Numbered from the stretch's first letter, positions 38,607-49,937 are shown. The stretch is DNA of 64,000 nt from an uncultured virus (IMG/VR IMGVR_UViG_3300028591_000018) (IMGVR_UViG_3300028591_000018); one strand, 5' to 3'. The notes: generated from the letters alone by a model not told the origin. Program-made: numbers and translations.

Positions 38607-39023
38607 TCATCCTTTTCGATCGTTCCAGTTATTAATAGCATCACGCAGTTTAAAATAGCGCTTTGTCTGCAGACCACAATCATGACATTCGATAAAAAAG
38701 CTGTGATTATATTCTTTCAGATCTGCGATGCCATGGCACTTCGGACAATTTTTCAACGCACTTGTATCTACAATGCTTGGTGAGTATTTTTCACGCAGCT
38801 TTTTTTCAGCATCTTCACGTGTAAAGAAAAATGCGGTACCTTCATAACTTCCCCAGTAAGATCCTTCATTATTTGTTTTCATCTGTATTACACCGCCTGA
38901 ATAAATCTCAAGACTGCTGACATGGACTGCTTTTACAAAAGGATGATCTTCCGCCATGTTCTCGATCACATAAATATCTTTTCCGACATAGTCAAGATAC
39001 TTGTCCAGATTCTCAATTTTCAT
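38607..39023 (-). CDS. Protein with C-terminal Lar-like Zn domain
   Basis: LKNCPKC..FIECHDCG..DAINNWNDR. Confidence 0.6.
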   Translation of the reverse strand: MKIENLDKYLDYVGKDIYVIENMAEDHPFVKAVHVSSLEIYSGGVIQMKTNNEGSYWGSYEGTAFFFTREDAEKKLREKYSPSIVDTSALKNCPKCHGIADLKEYNHSFFIECHDCGLQTKRYFKLRDAINNWNDRKG

Positions 39024-39684
39024 CTTCTTTCTCTCTTTCTGAAAAAACCTCAGGATCCCAGTCTTCCCAACGAGTCCATACACCATGCTCATTCCGGCCG
39101 ATGCAGTGATGACCGTCATAATCCTCATCGTACCAGCTGAAGTTGATCACACAGTTAGGATTGTCTTTAAATATCTTATCGATGATCGGTTCGGGATAAG
39201 ACCAGGCTGTATCAAAATGGACTACGCCAAAACCATTATCATCATAAGAGACACGCGTTTCACAGGCATTCCATTTGGTTCCCCAATTATCAATAGACCA
39301 GGTATACCAGCTTCGATATCCGTATGATTTATAAGCCGTGAAATATTTCTCCCCTCTTCGATAGTATTCCCCAGAATGGTTATTACAGTCGCGCAGCATT
39401 CTTTCAATCATGACTGGATCATTGAAATACCATCCATCATTGTTAAAAATATTTCCAAATCGTATAAAAATTTCACGTGGGCTGATTTTGCCCCTGGCGC
39501 TCAGATACCAATAAAGGCATAGCGTAGTATCACCGCCTTCAGACATATCAGGATCCTGATAAATATCGGGACGTGGGATCACCTTATTAAAGTCAAAATA
39601 GAGATCCCCATCTTCATCCTTTGACAAATATTTTTCAATGACTGCTTTGGGAGCTTCCAGCATGCAATAAGTCCAATTCGGCAT
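39013..39684 (-). CDS. YubB/DUF1281 ferredoxin-like protein
   Basis: MPNW, FDFNKVIPRP, NWGTKWNA, FDTAWSYP. Confidence 0.75.
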   Translation of the reverse strand: MPNWTYCMLEAPKAVIEKYLSKDEDGDLYFDFNKVIPRPDIYQDPDMSEGGDTTLCLYWYLSARGKISPREIFIRFGNIFNNDGWYFNDPVMIERMLRDCNNHSGEYYRRGEKYFTAYKSYGYRSWYTWSIDNWGTKWNACETRVSYDDNGFGVVHFDTAWSYPEPIIDKIFKDNPNCVINFSWYDEDYDGHHCIGRNEHGVWTRWEDWDPEVFSEREKEDEN

Positions 39685-39686
39685 TA

Positions 39687-40538
39687 TTATTTCCTTTCAG
39701 TAAAATCTTCAATATCAATAAATGGTGTCACACTGCCAGTGAAGACCGGGAGCTTGCCATCCCAGGCTTCGATCTTACGGATCTCAATGAGTTCCGGTGC
39801 AAGACTTTCCTGGATCAGGGTGTTTGCATCAGCTTCAGCCTCTGCAGCAATACGGATCTTTTCAGCTTCCGCTTCTGCCTTCAAGATCGAAACTTTCTTA
39901 TCCGCTTCAGCTTTGCTGATAGCAGTCTGGTTCTCGATCTCAATACGCTTCTGTTCCTGAATGGCAAGGGACTTTTGTTGGATCGCCTGATTGTAAACGT
40001 CCTCAAAGTCCATATTGTTGATGATGACCTTGTGAATATAAATTGTGCCTTCATCATACTTTTCATCCAGGGATTCCTGTAGCTTCCGCATAGCCAGCGG
40101 CTCGATCATTGCACGGTTGGTCACCTGATCCGGACCCAGTTCTACCATGGCAGCCTTCAGAGCCGAAGCGATCAGGCTCTGGGTCAGCAGATTCTTTGTA
40201 TAATCGCTGATATTAGCATAAATCCAGGCAGATTTCTGAGGGGAGATATTGTAAGTCACCGAAATGTTTTCGGCAAACACTGGTGTCTTGTCATTCGTCT
40301 CACCCCAGACTTTAGTCTCCACTTTATATTCCTGCTGTTTGTTGTTCACATTCTCAATCTTTTCAACAAAAGGGATCGTGATAAACAGCTGACCATTCGG
40401 AAGGGGCTCTGTACGGATCTGTCCGAACGTGGTCTTTACACCGGTATAACCGGTCGGAATAATATGAAGATTACAGACAACAACCAGGACCAGCAGCAAT
40501 GCGACCCCAAGAGCAATATATAATTTAATGTTTTTCAT
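39687..40538 (-). CDS. SPFH/band 7 (prohibitin-like) membrane protein
   Basis: N-terminal TM, GYTGVKTTFG, AEAEAE coiled coil, WDGKLP. Confidence 0.88.
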   Translation of the reverse strand: MKNIKLYIALGVALLLVLVVVCNLHIIPTGYTGVKTTFGQIRTEPLPNGQLFITIPFVEKIENVNNKQQEYKVETKVWGETNDKTPVFAENISVTYNISPQKSAWIYANISDYTKNLLTQSLIASALKAAMVELGPDQVTNRAMIEPLAMRKLQESLDEKYDEGTIYIHKVIINNMDFEDVYNQAIQQKSLAIQEQKRIEIENQTAISKAEADKKVSILKAEAEAEKIRIAAEAEADANTLIQESLAPELIEIRKIEAWDGKLPVFTGSVTPFIDIEDFTERK

Positions 40539-41320
40539 TCATTTCCTTTTCTATTAATTCAATTTCATTATCTTCTTCAAATTAATGAAACTTGGTGTTG
40601 TTCAGCAGCCAATGATTTTTCGGGTCATTAACAACCTGACTGAAGACCTCCCCGCTGGAAAACGTCTTCCATATTGCACAGGTATAATTATCCGAATCAA
40701 TGGTGTAAATATAATACTCAGCCAAATCCACACACTTTCTGTGACATGCACGTTCAACAAAATCGGAGTGCATCTGACGCAAAGTATCTTCCACGGTAGA
40801 GTGCAGACCAATGACCTGATGGGGGTGATCCATCTCCTGATAAATCAATTCATACATTTATTTCCTTTCATTCCTGTCTTTTTTATTCCTTTACAACATT
40901 GCATTTAGCTCCGAATTCCTTACAGAACCAGGTGCCGTCAGAAGTTTTGGTAAACCCGTTATCTGTCAGGAATCGCTCAATAAATATCAATGCTTCCTCT
41001 TCAGTATCTTCTTCGAATTGCATATCATAATTCCGATAAGTTTCGTATCCGGTATAAGGAGGATAAGTAAATTTCAATATATAACTAATCATTTCATATT
41101 TCTTTCAAACCAGCTTCCGTAATAGGCCAATACCTTGAACCGATAAACACCATTTACGATCTCATCAACAAACTTAACTTCATAATGATCTTTGGGCTGA
41201 ATAATTATTCTGTTCACATTAGGTATGTCATCACGAATTACTTGGCTTAATACACACTTCCGTATTTCAATGTATAAAGTATTTGTATCTCTATCAATAT
41301 AAAACCAATGGCCAAATTTG

Positions 41321-43234
41321 TTATTCAACTTTCATCCAATCACGTAACTTAAATTCCTCCTTACGAGGCTCACTGTAGCTCCGTACGGGTGTTAAAAATC
41401 CGACAATGCGCTGATAAGTCGTCACCTTCGGACCGCCGCAGATCGGGCAGACATCGCCGTAAAAACCATGGTTATGAGCACAAGCGCTGATTCGGGTGCA
41501 GAAGGCAAAATACTTCACACCCGACTTTGCCAGTTCCTGCAGCAGGTCCCAGGCAATATCAAATGACCGGAACGGACTGTCCAGGTTGATATGACAGATG
41601 GATCCGCCGGTGCAGGCTTCATCGATCCTGGCGCTGATGCGGATCTTGTTTTCGATCGAGGTCCGCACGGCCAGCGGAATCCATTGGTTAGCATAGAGCG
41701 GGAGCTCATATTTCTCATCCGGGAAAAATATCTTATCCTTTCGCATGAGTTTTGCCGCGGCGGATTCCGCAGGAACGGCTTCGATGTTGATCATATAATC
41801 ATGATCTTTCTTGAATTCATCTTTGATCTCATGAATAGTTTTCAGGATCTGTTCGGCAAATATCAATCCGTCTTCGGTATAGGTGGTATAGCCAAAACTG
41901 TCCTTACGAACGCAGCCGAACCGATCCAGTGTCTCATAGATCCCGATGATGCCGATCGTGGAATATAATTTATCCATTTCCACGATGCCTTTATCGAAAT
42001 TCTTCATCAGCCCTTTTTCAATATTCCGCTGAATGATATGACGGACTACATCCAGTGCCTTCAGGCAGGTTAGTACCCGATCTTCCAGAATATCAAAGTA
42101 TTTGTCCGTATCGCCATTTGATTCATAGGCAATACGGGCCAGGTTGATGGTGTTGACTTTTTCGGAGCCGACTTTCAGCGCAGTCCCGCCGATGGAGTTC
42201 ATATAAAGATCCTTGACATTATTAGAAAGCCGGCAGCAGGAGCTGAGGCTGGTAACGGAGTCATCAATGAAGAAATTGCTGTCGCACCACTTCATGTTCT
42301 GTTCGCAGGCCCATTCAGCAAAGGCCCTGTCCACAAAATTGCCGTCCTTGTCCTTCAGCAGACTGATCGTGTTGACCGGATAAGTCATCATGTTCTTTTC
42401 CCGAATCTCATGCATAGTATCCATGAAGAGTTTCTGGAACTCCATGATCTGCTCGAGTTCATCATACATCAGCTTTCCGTCCGGAAATACCATTCCGCCA
42501 AACAATGCTTCCAGATAGGGATGATCAAAAATAGAAGTGTTCGTGAAAGCGGACTGGATGTTGCCGCGCAGAAACGGCTGGTTCAGTGCATAGATCAGAC
42601 GCTGAATCTGCTGCTTGGCATACTTGATCGGAGTTTCTGTATAGTAATCCTTCTGAATATCACGGTCCCAGAAGTAATACATATAGATGATCAGATCCGG
42701 AAGGCCGACCGCACCGCTGGAACTGTTAGCGCAGAAGCTGATGAACTCCTTGACAAAGTCAACGAAAGTCCCGAGATGCTTCGGGGGTTCCGCATTGAAA
42801 TTATCAATGAAGAACAGCCCTTTTTCGGCAAGATCCTGCAGGGATGAGGCCCAGCAATAATGCAGATAGCTCGCATGATGGGCATCATGCATGTAAAGAG
42901 CTCCGGTCCATTCCAGTTCGAGCCAATGCTTTGCGGTATCCAGACCGTATTTTTTCTTCATTTCATAAAATATCTTGTTGAACGCCAGCAGCTTCTGGTG
43001 AGGCTTTGCCATCTCATTCAGCAGCGTCACTACAGATTTATTGGAGACATTCGCATTAGCATCTACTGAGGCATCTGCTACTGTCTCTGTGTCAATAAAA
43101 TTATCAATAAAGTCAGTATAGTCGAGCTGACTGTCTGAAAGCCCGTTCAGCATAGCCAGCCCTTCTCCGTGAATTGATTTGAGTTTTGTAAATTCGTATG
43201 AAAAATCAGGATCCAGTTTGATGTTGATCTTCAT
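41321..43234 (-). CDS. nrdD: Anaerobic (class III) ribonucleotide reductase
   Basis: YMHD, SCCRL, VNTINLARIA, EAVPAE, Zn Cys pairs and glycyl-radical loop QRIVGFL. Confidence 0.92.
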   Translation of the reverse strand: MKINIKLDPDFSYEFTKLKSIHGEGLAMLNGLSDSQLDYTDFIDNFIDTETVADASVDANANVSNKSVVTLLNEMAKPHQKLLAFNKIFYEMKKKYGLDTAKHWLELEWTGALYMHDAHHASYLHYCWASSLQDLAEKGLFFIDNFNAEPPKHLGTFVDFVKEFISFCANSSSGAVGLPDLIIYMYYFWDRDIQKDYYTETPIKYAKQQIQRLIYALNQPFLRGNIQSAFTNTSIFDHPYLEALFGGMVFPDGKLMYDELEQIMEFQKLFMDTMHEIREKNMMTYPVNTISLLKDKDGNFVDRAFAEWACEQNMKWCDSNFFIDDSVTSLSSCCRLSNNVKDLYMNSIGGTALKVGSEKVNTINLARIAYESNGDTDKYFDILEDRVLTCLKALDVVRHIIQRNIEKGLMKNFDKGIVEMDKLYSTIGIIGIYETLDRFGCVRKDSFGYTTYTEDGLIFAEQILKTIHEIKDEFKKDHDYMINIEAVPAESAAAKLMRKDKIFFPDEKYELPLYANQWIPLAVRTSIENKIRISARIDEACTGGSICHINLDSPFRSFDIAWDLLQELAKSGVKYFAFCTRISACAHNHGFYGDVCPICGGPKVTTYQRIVGFLTPVRSYSEPRKEEFKLRDWMKVE

Positions 43235-43466
43235 TTACAGTGTTCTCCTTCTCCGGCTCAACCCAGCCATGTGTCAGGGCATCGATGAATTTCATCGCTT
43301 TGGAAAAATCCATATAAACACCTTTGGCATAAAGAACCGGTACTGATTGAAAACCAAGCTTCTCCATTTGATCCACATCAGTAACCAATATATAAGAGAC
43401 ACCCGCCTGGTTCATCTTCATTTCAAGTGTTTTACAAAGCGGGCAACCAGTTGAGTAAAGTATCAT
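43206..43466 (-). CDS. Glutaredoxin-like protein
   Basis: LYSTGCPLC, SVPVL. Confidence 0.8.
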   Translation of the reverse strand: MILYSTGCPLCKTLEMKMNQAGVSYILVTDVDQMEKLGFQSVPVLYAKGVYMDFSKAMKFIDALTHGWVEPEKENTVNEDQHQTGS

Positions 43467-43969
43467 ACTTCCTCCTTATCGGTCGATCCCAAACCGCCGG
43501 TGCGTTCCAGCGAGGCTTTATCCCCGCTGCAAATATCAAACGGCAGGATGATCCCCTGGCAAATAGCGGTTCCTGCGAGAATCCGGCAGTCTTTTTCGCC
43601 ATTATTCACCAGTTTGACCATGATGTGCCCCTCATTACTCGAGTTATTAAAATAATCACGGTCAATGATCCCGACAGTATTGGCCAGACCGATCCGGTAT
43701 TTAAATCCAAGTCCGGACCTCGGGACGATCATCAGAAAATGTCCGGGATCCAGTTCGACTTTTAACCCGGTCGGAATCACAATTGATGCACCGGCTCGCA
43801 GCAGAAGATTGATCGGGCTGAAAATATCATAACCGGCGCTTTCTGCAGTAGCCCGTCTCGGAATGATGAACTTAGCATCCTCAAGGCTGTTTTCTCCGCT
43901 GATCGGCCAATGATGTTCCATCCAATCCTTCCGGATCTGCTCATCACTTACTTTGTAAAACTTATCCAT
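43463..43969 (-). CDS. dut: Trimeric dUTPase
   Basis: SAGYDI, PRSG, GIIDRDY, RTGGLGST. Confidence 0.93.
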   Translation of the reverse strand: MDKFYKVSDEQIRKDWMEHHWPISGENSLEDAKFIIPRRATAESAGYDIFSPINLLLRAGASIVIPTGLKVELDPGHFLMIVPRSGLGFKYRIGLANTVGIIDRDYFNNSSNEGHIMVKLVNNGEKDCRILAGTAICQGIILPFDICSGDKASLERTGGLGSTDKEEV

Positions 43970-43970
43970 T

Positions 43971-44588
43971 CTATTTCCTTTCTTTTCCTGTGATCAATCC
44001 TGAATTCGGAAGTTCTTCGATCCAATTACAGAAAATTCTCCACTCATCCAGTTTGTGATCTTTACGCAATGCATACATATTTGCCAGAACTTCATAGTTC
44101 AGCATAACTGTACGGAGCTGGTTATAAGATGATGGCAGCATCTGAATGATCTGCCACCACCAGGTCTTATCCTTTGTTTCCAGAAAATTCTCCCGCGCGT
44201 TATTTAGAGCCCGAATTGTGTGTTTTTCAAAGATCTGTTTATAATCGTCTGTAAGATGCTCCACACTAAAATCTGAAATATCAAACGGCTTTCGGGTGAT
44301 CGTATGCATGGTAGATTGAGAGTTTGCTACCGTCCCTACTTTATAGGTATCAAACTCTTTCCACCAGTACATCGGAGCTAAAATATCAATCCAGGCAACG
44401 ATCATACGGCGGTATTTCGCATGGGAAGGACCTGATTTTGCCAGTCGTTCCATCAGGCTGTAATCATTCGGGCCGATATAAAAACCGCCGGAGTCAGATT
44501 TCCTCCGGCTGTCGTACGAGTTCCGCATACCCAGGATCGACGGCAATTCTCCGTGAAGTTCGAGCAGGCAAATATCAATCATTTGCAT
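43971..44588 (-). CDS. ThyX-like thymidylate synthase (divergent)
   Basis: SHAKY, APMYWWKEFDTY, SQSTMH, LPSSY, NY..L, R..HKL.EW; next to dut; canonical RHR motif absent. Confidence 0.6.
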   Translation of the reverse strand: MQMIDICLLELHGELPSILGMRNSYDSRRKSDSGGFYIGPNDYSLMERLAKSGPSHAKYRRMIVAWIDILAPMYWWKEFDTYKVGTVANSQSTMHTITRKPFDISDFSVEHLTDDYKQIFEKHTIRALNNARENFLETKDKTWWWQIIQMLPSSYNQLRTVMLNYEVLANMYALRKDHKLDEWRIFCNWIEELPNSGLITGKERK

Positions 44589-45166
44589 TCGTCCTTACGA
44601 TGGCTGAACCATTTCCGGATCACCTGAGCACGATAAGTCTGCATGATCTTTGCGTAATCACCAAATGTTACTTCATTGAAGTTAGCTTTTGCATTGTTAA
44701 TGGCCATATCGAATTCTGTACGAATCCCGGCATTTTCAAGCATTTTATACAGTTTTCCGCGTTTGGAAATATCAAACTTCGCTTTCTTCATCTGTTCTTC
44801 TTCAGAAAGATCTTTTCCGTAAAACTTCTTCAGAGCCAGAAAGTTTGCAATTCTGTTCAGCAAAATATAATTGGCGAGTTCAACGCCTTCGATTTTTTTT
44901 GTAGGCATAATTCATTCCTCCATAACTAAAATATCAAAGATGGTACATTAAATACAGTATGATGATACCCAGCATAATAAAACCGTCAAAGATCAGAACC
45001 CCACCGAGAGTAATGATCGCAAGATCACCGAGAATCCTGAACAACAGTCCGCTGAGCAGACAAATCAATGCAAATATCAATAAAGCGCCTAACATGGTGA
45101 TTTCCTTTTGAAAATATAAAAGACGGAGCCGAGTACATTACCCGACCCCGTCTCCACGAGTCTTAA

Positions 45167-45679
45167 TTAGAACGGAACTTCTTCGGTTTCCGGATTTTTT
45201 ACATCATATTTGTTACCGAAAATACCCGGTCGTTCACGGAAGTAAAGCTGATCCAGATACGCTTTGATCCCATGTCCAAATCGTTCATTTTCCCACTCAG
45301 AACCATTAATGACCAAACCAATATCCGTCATCGGAACATTATCCAGATCGTCCAGCATTTCTGCATCATACTGAATCTGGCGATAGTTATTCACCATAAA
45401 AATCTTCGGTGGCCAGCGGCTTTCCATATTGATCTTGACATTAAGGGTGTAATAAGGTTCCTCGTCTTCATTGCGAGGTTTGCGGATTTTTACATTCCAG
45501 CCTTTTTCGCCCATAATAACTGCCATGTCTTTATCAGGCAGGATCACATCAATATTCCGGTTGCCTTTAGCATTGTATTCCGTCTGGGCACCGGCAAAAT
45601 TATGAAAGCGCAATTCAGCATCGTCAATAACCAGCTGTTCTTTACCACGTTCGTTAACAACAAATCTCATTTCAGACAT
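45167..45679 (-). CDS. Single-stranded DNA-binding protein
   Basis: FHNFAG..YNAKGNRN, GWNVK, GIKAYL and an acidic EEVPF tail. Confidence 0.75.
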   Translation of the reverse strand: MSEMRFVVNERGKEQLVIDDAELRFHNFAGAQTEYNAKGNRNIDVILPDKDMAVIMGEKGWNVKIRKPRNEDEEPYYTLNVKINMESRWPPKIFMVNNYRQIQYDAEMLDDLDNVPMTDIGLVINGSEWENERFGHGIKAYLDQLYFRERPGIFGNKYDVKNPETEEVPF

Positions 45680-45938
45680 ATTCTTTATCTTCTCCTGTGT
45701 TTTTATTTGTTTTTGATTTAATAGTTTTTAAATAAACATTCAGCATTTCAATCCAGCGATTGAAATCAGACAGCAAAAGGAATGTTTTTTCAACTCCATA
45801 GATCCGCAGCACCAGATCGTACATAAGAATCCCGATCAGCAGCGGAATCGTTGCAATGATCAGCCATACCCATAAAAGCAGCTGAAGCAACCTGGTAAGC
45901 ACCAAACATACGAATTTCAAAAGTCACCTCTTAAAATA

Positions 45939-48900
45939 TCAAACAGGTTCCGGAACATCCCGGAACCATTCGAAATCACCATACTGTGAAATATCAATTA
46001 TCGCTTCATCCACCAATCGGTCATAATAAGACCGGTCTATGAATGCATCATAGTTGCCAAAATCCCGGATATCTTCTGATTCCATCCAGAGATAATCTTT
46101 GGCTCCTGCTGCGGAATCGTATTTCACATTTCCGTCTTTATCAATAGCTTCACGAACGAGCCGTCCGCCACCCATTCCCGGTTTAACCGGACAAAATTGC
46201 CCGACACGACCAACGAATTGATAGTCATGTTCTCCTTCCGGAAGCTTTTCATTAAAATCAAGAACCAGACAGCTGGTTACCTGTTTGGTTTCGCACATGT
46301 CTTCGAACTCAATCGGCGCTTTAGCAAAGAGTGTTTTAAAGACATACGGAACCTGAAATTCTGTACCGGTTGCAGTCCAGCCTTTTTTCCAGGCATTTTT
46401 TTTATCTGTCGGATCCCAATTTTTATCATGAGCAATGTAAACAGCATCATTCACCAGACAGAATCGGTCAAACTCTGCTTCTGTTTCAAAGTTGTAACCG
46501 AACTCATGCCCAAAAGCTTTTACAAAGTCAAATATCTTTTGATCCCAATTCGGAATCTTGATTGAATCAGTTTTTATGTGCGCCACCTGATAGCCGCGCT
46601 TTTGCACTTCCTGCTTCAGCAGTGTCATGAACAATGCGCCGCGTTTGGCCACAATATTATCCTTATTCCGCAGATCCCGGAATGGATTCTCAAACCTGGC
46701 ACTGGTCAAACCATACACCGAGTTGATTGCAATCTTCAAAGCATTTGCCAGCCCCTTTGCCTGATCTGCATTCGTCAGCCACTTCGCCAGTTTTCCATCC
46801 ATCATCTTTGCAGCTTCTGAAAAGTCACCGGTTTTAATGGCTTTCTTTACCGCTACACGAATATCCACAAGGTCATAGAACTTTCGGCTGTACTTTGGCC
46901 CAAAGAGTCTCTCAGCCCATATGCTGTGGGGGTGCATAGAAGTTACATCTGCGTCCCAGACATTTCCGTACATACCGGGCTCAGAATATACTCGTCCACC
47001 CTCTCCGATCTCCTGATCAAGATAAGTTGATTTCCCAGCATCAAACTTATACCCGGGAAAGAAGGGCAGGATCGAGTATCCAGAGGGTAAGGATCCTCCA
47101 TTGTAAGTTTGATAGGTTGGTAATCCGCTGCTGTCGAACACGTGAAATTCATAATCTTCTCCAAATAGTTCCCTGTACTCCGAATATCTTTCCGGACCGA
47201 CCGGTTCAGCCAGATTGCGGTAGTTAAACTGACTTTGCGGGTTCCGGTCCTGACCGAATATAATTCGGGTTGTCAGACTGTTGGTTGTGGCGTTAGGTGT
47301 CATTCCGGCAATATCTGCCAAAATCATCCGTGCCAGAAAATCGTCCTGACGATCCTTACTGAAAAATACCGCCTCGGTTGCGATCACATCATTATCACAA
47401 TAAAGAGCAACTTCCTCCCAACGATCCTTCGGAACCGGCTGATCCCAGGGAAGTGCCAGTTCTTTGTGATGGATTCCCAGATCGATTTCAAATTTTTTCA
47501 GGGATTGTTTTACACTGCTGAAGTCATAAATATCTGTATAGGAAACTTCATAAGCATCTCTGAAAAATGCGTTCTTATCTTTATCGATAATCCCTTTGGA
47601 AACTTCATAGATCTGTTCAAGATTCTTACCAAGTGATCGTGCATACAAAATATGATTGTCATATCTCCGACAATTGAAACCGACAAGATGAAAATTGGTC
47701 ATCAATTTGTAAACTTCTTCCGGATCCGGGTTGAACATCCGTACCGGAGGATGGTCAGGGCCCGGATACTTCCAGCAGATCAGCAAAAGATTCGGAAAGA
47801 CCTCAACATCGAAAAATATCAATGGGAGATTCTCATTCTGTTCTTCTGCAGTCGGTTCAATATAATCATCGGAGCATAGTTTCATCTTTCCGACAAGCTT
47901 GATTGCTTCCCTGGCATGGTGAGTGGACTGTGCAGCAAATGAATAAATTGCATCATGCATCTTCCGCACATCATAAGACAAACCGTCATTGTAGGCGCGT
48001 TCCAAATCGTTGTAGATCATGTTGACACAGTTATATGTGCCATTGACATTTTCTTTATTCAGGTTTCGCTCGATCGCCTTGATCAGTGCTTTGTCGTTAA
48101 TAAACGACTTAAAATTAATCACTTTCTTTTTCTCTTTCTTCAAAGGGAGACCTGAAGAAATCGTGGCTACCGGCAGGTCATTGCATTTTGTCAGCATTCT
48201 CCGGAGAGAACTTCCGCCATTAAACACCTTTACTTCAATGTGATCCGCGTAATTGATCTGCAGCTCGGTCGGATCACCCTGATAAATATAATGCAGGTGG
48301 ATTCCGGCACCGGACTTACTTAATTCTGCGTAAGTCGGAGGCCATTTTGAAGCTGCTTCCAGATTCTTTTCAAAACATTTGTTGCCGTTTTCATCCGGAA
48401 TATCAAAGTCAATGACAATGTGCTCCAGCGGCACTTTTACATAATGCAATTTTCGTGTGTTGATGCCTGAAAGTTTTGTAAAACAATTATCCCAGGCTTT
48501 CAGCGGAGTTCCTTCTGAGTTTGCATACTGAGCAGGAGCTTTAGCCATGAGAATATCAAACAGGGAATCTTCACAGTTAAATGTCAGCCATTTATCGTCC
48601 TTTTTATCTCCATTTTGAATGTCTTTCTTTTTCCAGGTCTCTTCGAATTTTTCGGTTTTGAATCCACTGAACCAACTGCGGATCCGTGTTCCGTCTTCGA
48701 GTGTGACCCGATCTTTATAGTCTTCAAAGTAGTTTTTCAGTTCTTCTTTGAAAGCTCTTTGGGAAAACGGATAAACTACTTTAGCTTCCTCGCAGAATGT
48801 TTTATACATGTCATACGCAGCTTTCAGTGACACTCCGTTTTCTTTTTTAAACACAAAATAGCTGTCCGAGACAAAGTTGAAAAAATCATTTGACGCGTCC

Positions 48901-49937
48901 AGCATTTTCAACGGAACATACTCTTCATAGCATTGAGGATCGTCCAGATAAACCTGCTGACAATGCCATGCGATCGCCCCAAGTTCAAAGTCGATCATTT
49001 TCATCAAAATGTCGTATTCTCTTTTTGGAATCTTATGCCCGGTCGGTGTAACATCGATCAAACGTCTCAGCAAGCCTGATTTCGCATCGGTTATCCGCAC
49101 CGGTTTGTTAGTTCCCATAAATAGAAATGAGTTGAAGCGCATCGAATACTGTGGTTTATTTTTTTCATTTACCAGTAATGTCTCGTGAGAGACAATAGAG
49201 TTCAAACGGGTGTTGTCTTCAATATGAGACAGATCGCCATCATGCTGGATCGCAACCAATGGGTTGGACTTGAACGGTTCCAGTGCAAAACTGGCATTCG
49301 CCGATCCAAGTGCTTTCGCGTCAAACACACTACAATATCCTTCAAAGAGTTTTTCAATGATATGAATTACAGTGGACTTGCCTGATGCCGGAGGTCCGTA
49401 AAACACCAGAAATTTCTGGATGTTTTTCGAATCCCCGCTAACAACCGCACCGATCGCCCATTCGATCTTGTGTCTTTCTTCTTCAGAATATAAAACAGAA
49501 AGAAGCCGGTCCCATGCTTCTATGCTGCCTTCCTCAAGCGGATAGCTCAGTGTTTTGCTGGCGTAATCCCGTTTTTTGGTTTTCTGATTGGAAAATATCA
49601 ATTTCTCGTCCAGCTGATGATAATTTTCCCGCATCTGCTCTTTACAATAGTGATGGAACGTATCAATCATCTTGTTATTGCCCATTTTCAGATGCTTGAT
49701 TTTCGGTTTGCGGTCCCACTTACCGCGATGCGCTTCATAATAGTCATCCATCTCACGATCAATAATATCAATCAGATCCTGTTCGACGGTTGACCACAGG
49801 TTTTTTTCTTCAACCCATACTGCGTAAAAATCTTTCGCACGAACCATTAAGTCTGAGGTCCTGTTATTGACAATGAACATTGGGAAAATCTCCGTTCCTT
49901 TTTTTGTTTCTTCATCGGAGATCGTAACAAAGTCCAT
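45939..49937 (-). CDS. SF3 helicase-primase-family B DNA polymerase fusion
   Basis: GPPASGKST and MGTN; IDFD and SKSGAGIHLHY; Exo motifs FDVE, GFN..YD, YCDND; PolB motifs DVTSMHP, KIAINSVYG, KTDS. Confidence 0.85.
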   Translation of the reverse strand: MDFVTISDEETKKGTEIFPMFIVNNRTSDLMVRAKDFYAVWVEEKNLWSTVEQDLIDIIDREMDDYYEAHRGKWDRKPKIKHLKMGNNKMIDTFHHYCKEQMRENYHQLDEKLIFSNQKTKKRDYASKTLSYPLEEGSIEAWDRLLSVLYSEEERHKIEWAIGAVVSGDSKNIQKFLVFYGPPASGKSTVIHIIEKLFEGYCSVFDAKALGSANASFALEPFKSNPLVAIQHDGDLSHIEDNTRLNSIVSHETLLVNEKNKPQYSMRFNSFLFMGTNKPVRITDAKSGLLRRLIDVTPTGHKIPKREYDILMKMIDFELGAIAWHCQQVYLDDPQCYEEYVPLKMLDASNDFFNFVSDSYFVFKKENGVSLKAAYDMYKTFCEEAKVVYPFSQRAFKEELKNYFEDYKDRVTLEDGTRIRSWFSGFKTEKFEETWKKKDIQNGDKKDDKWLTFNCEDSLFDILMAKAPAQYANSEGTPLKAWDNCFTKLSGINTRKLHYVKVPLEHIVIDFDIPDENGNKCFEKNLEAASKWPPTYAELSKSGAGIHLHYIYQGDPTELQINYADHIEVKVFNGGSSLRRMLTKCNDLPVATISSGLPLKKEKKKVINFKSFINDKALIKAIERNLNKENVNGTYNCVNMIYNDLERAYNDGLSYDVRKMHDAIYSFAAQSTHHAREAIKLVGKMKLCSDDYIEPTAEEQNENLPLIFFDVEVFPNLLLICWKYPGPDHPPVRMFNPDPEEVYKLMTNFHLVGFNCRRYDNHILYARSLGKNLEQIYEVSKGIIDKDKNAFFRDAYEVSYTDIYDFSSVKQSLKKFEIDLGIHHKELALPWDQPVPKDRWEEVALYCDNDVIATEAVFFSKDRQDDFLARMILADIAGMTPNATTNSLTTRIIFGQDRNPQSQFNYRNLAEPVGPERYSEYRELFGEDYEFHVFDSSGLPTYQTYNGGSLPSGYSILPFFPGYKFDAGKSTYLDQEIGEGGRVYSEPGMYGNVWDADVTSMHPHSIWAERLFGPKYSRKFYDLVDIRVAVKKAIKTGDFSEAAKMMDGKLAKWLTNADQAKGLANALKIAINSVYGLTSARFENPFRDLRNKDNIVAKRGALFMTLLKQEVQKRGYQVAHIKTDSIKIPNWDQKIFDFVKAFGHEFGYNFETEAEFDRFCLVNDAVYIAHDKNWDPTDKKNAWKKGWTATGTEFQVPYVFKTLFAKAPIEFEDMCETKQVTSCLVLDFNEKLPEGEHDYQFVGRVGQFCPVKPGMGGGRLVREAIDKDGNVKYDSAAGAKDYLWMESEDIRDFGNYDAFIDRSYYDRLVDEAIIDISQYGDFEWFRDVPEPV

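Noticed and set aside
41321..49937. Introns or inteins in nrdD or the polymerase
   Set aside because: Both frames are continuous, with no intein splice motifs or homing endonuclease insert noticed.
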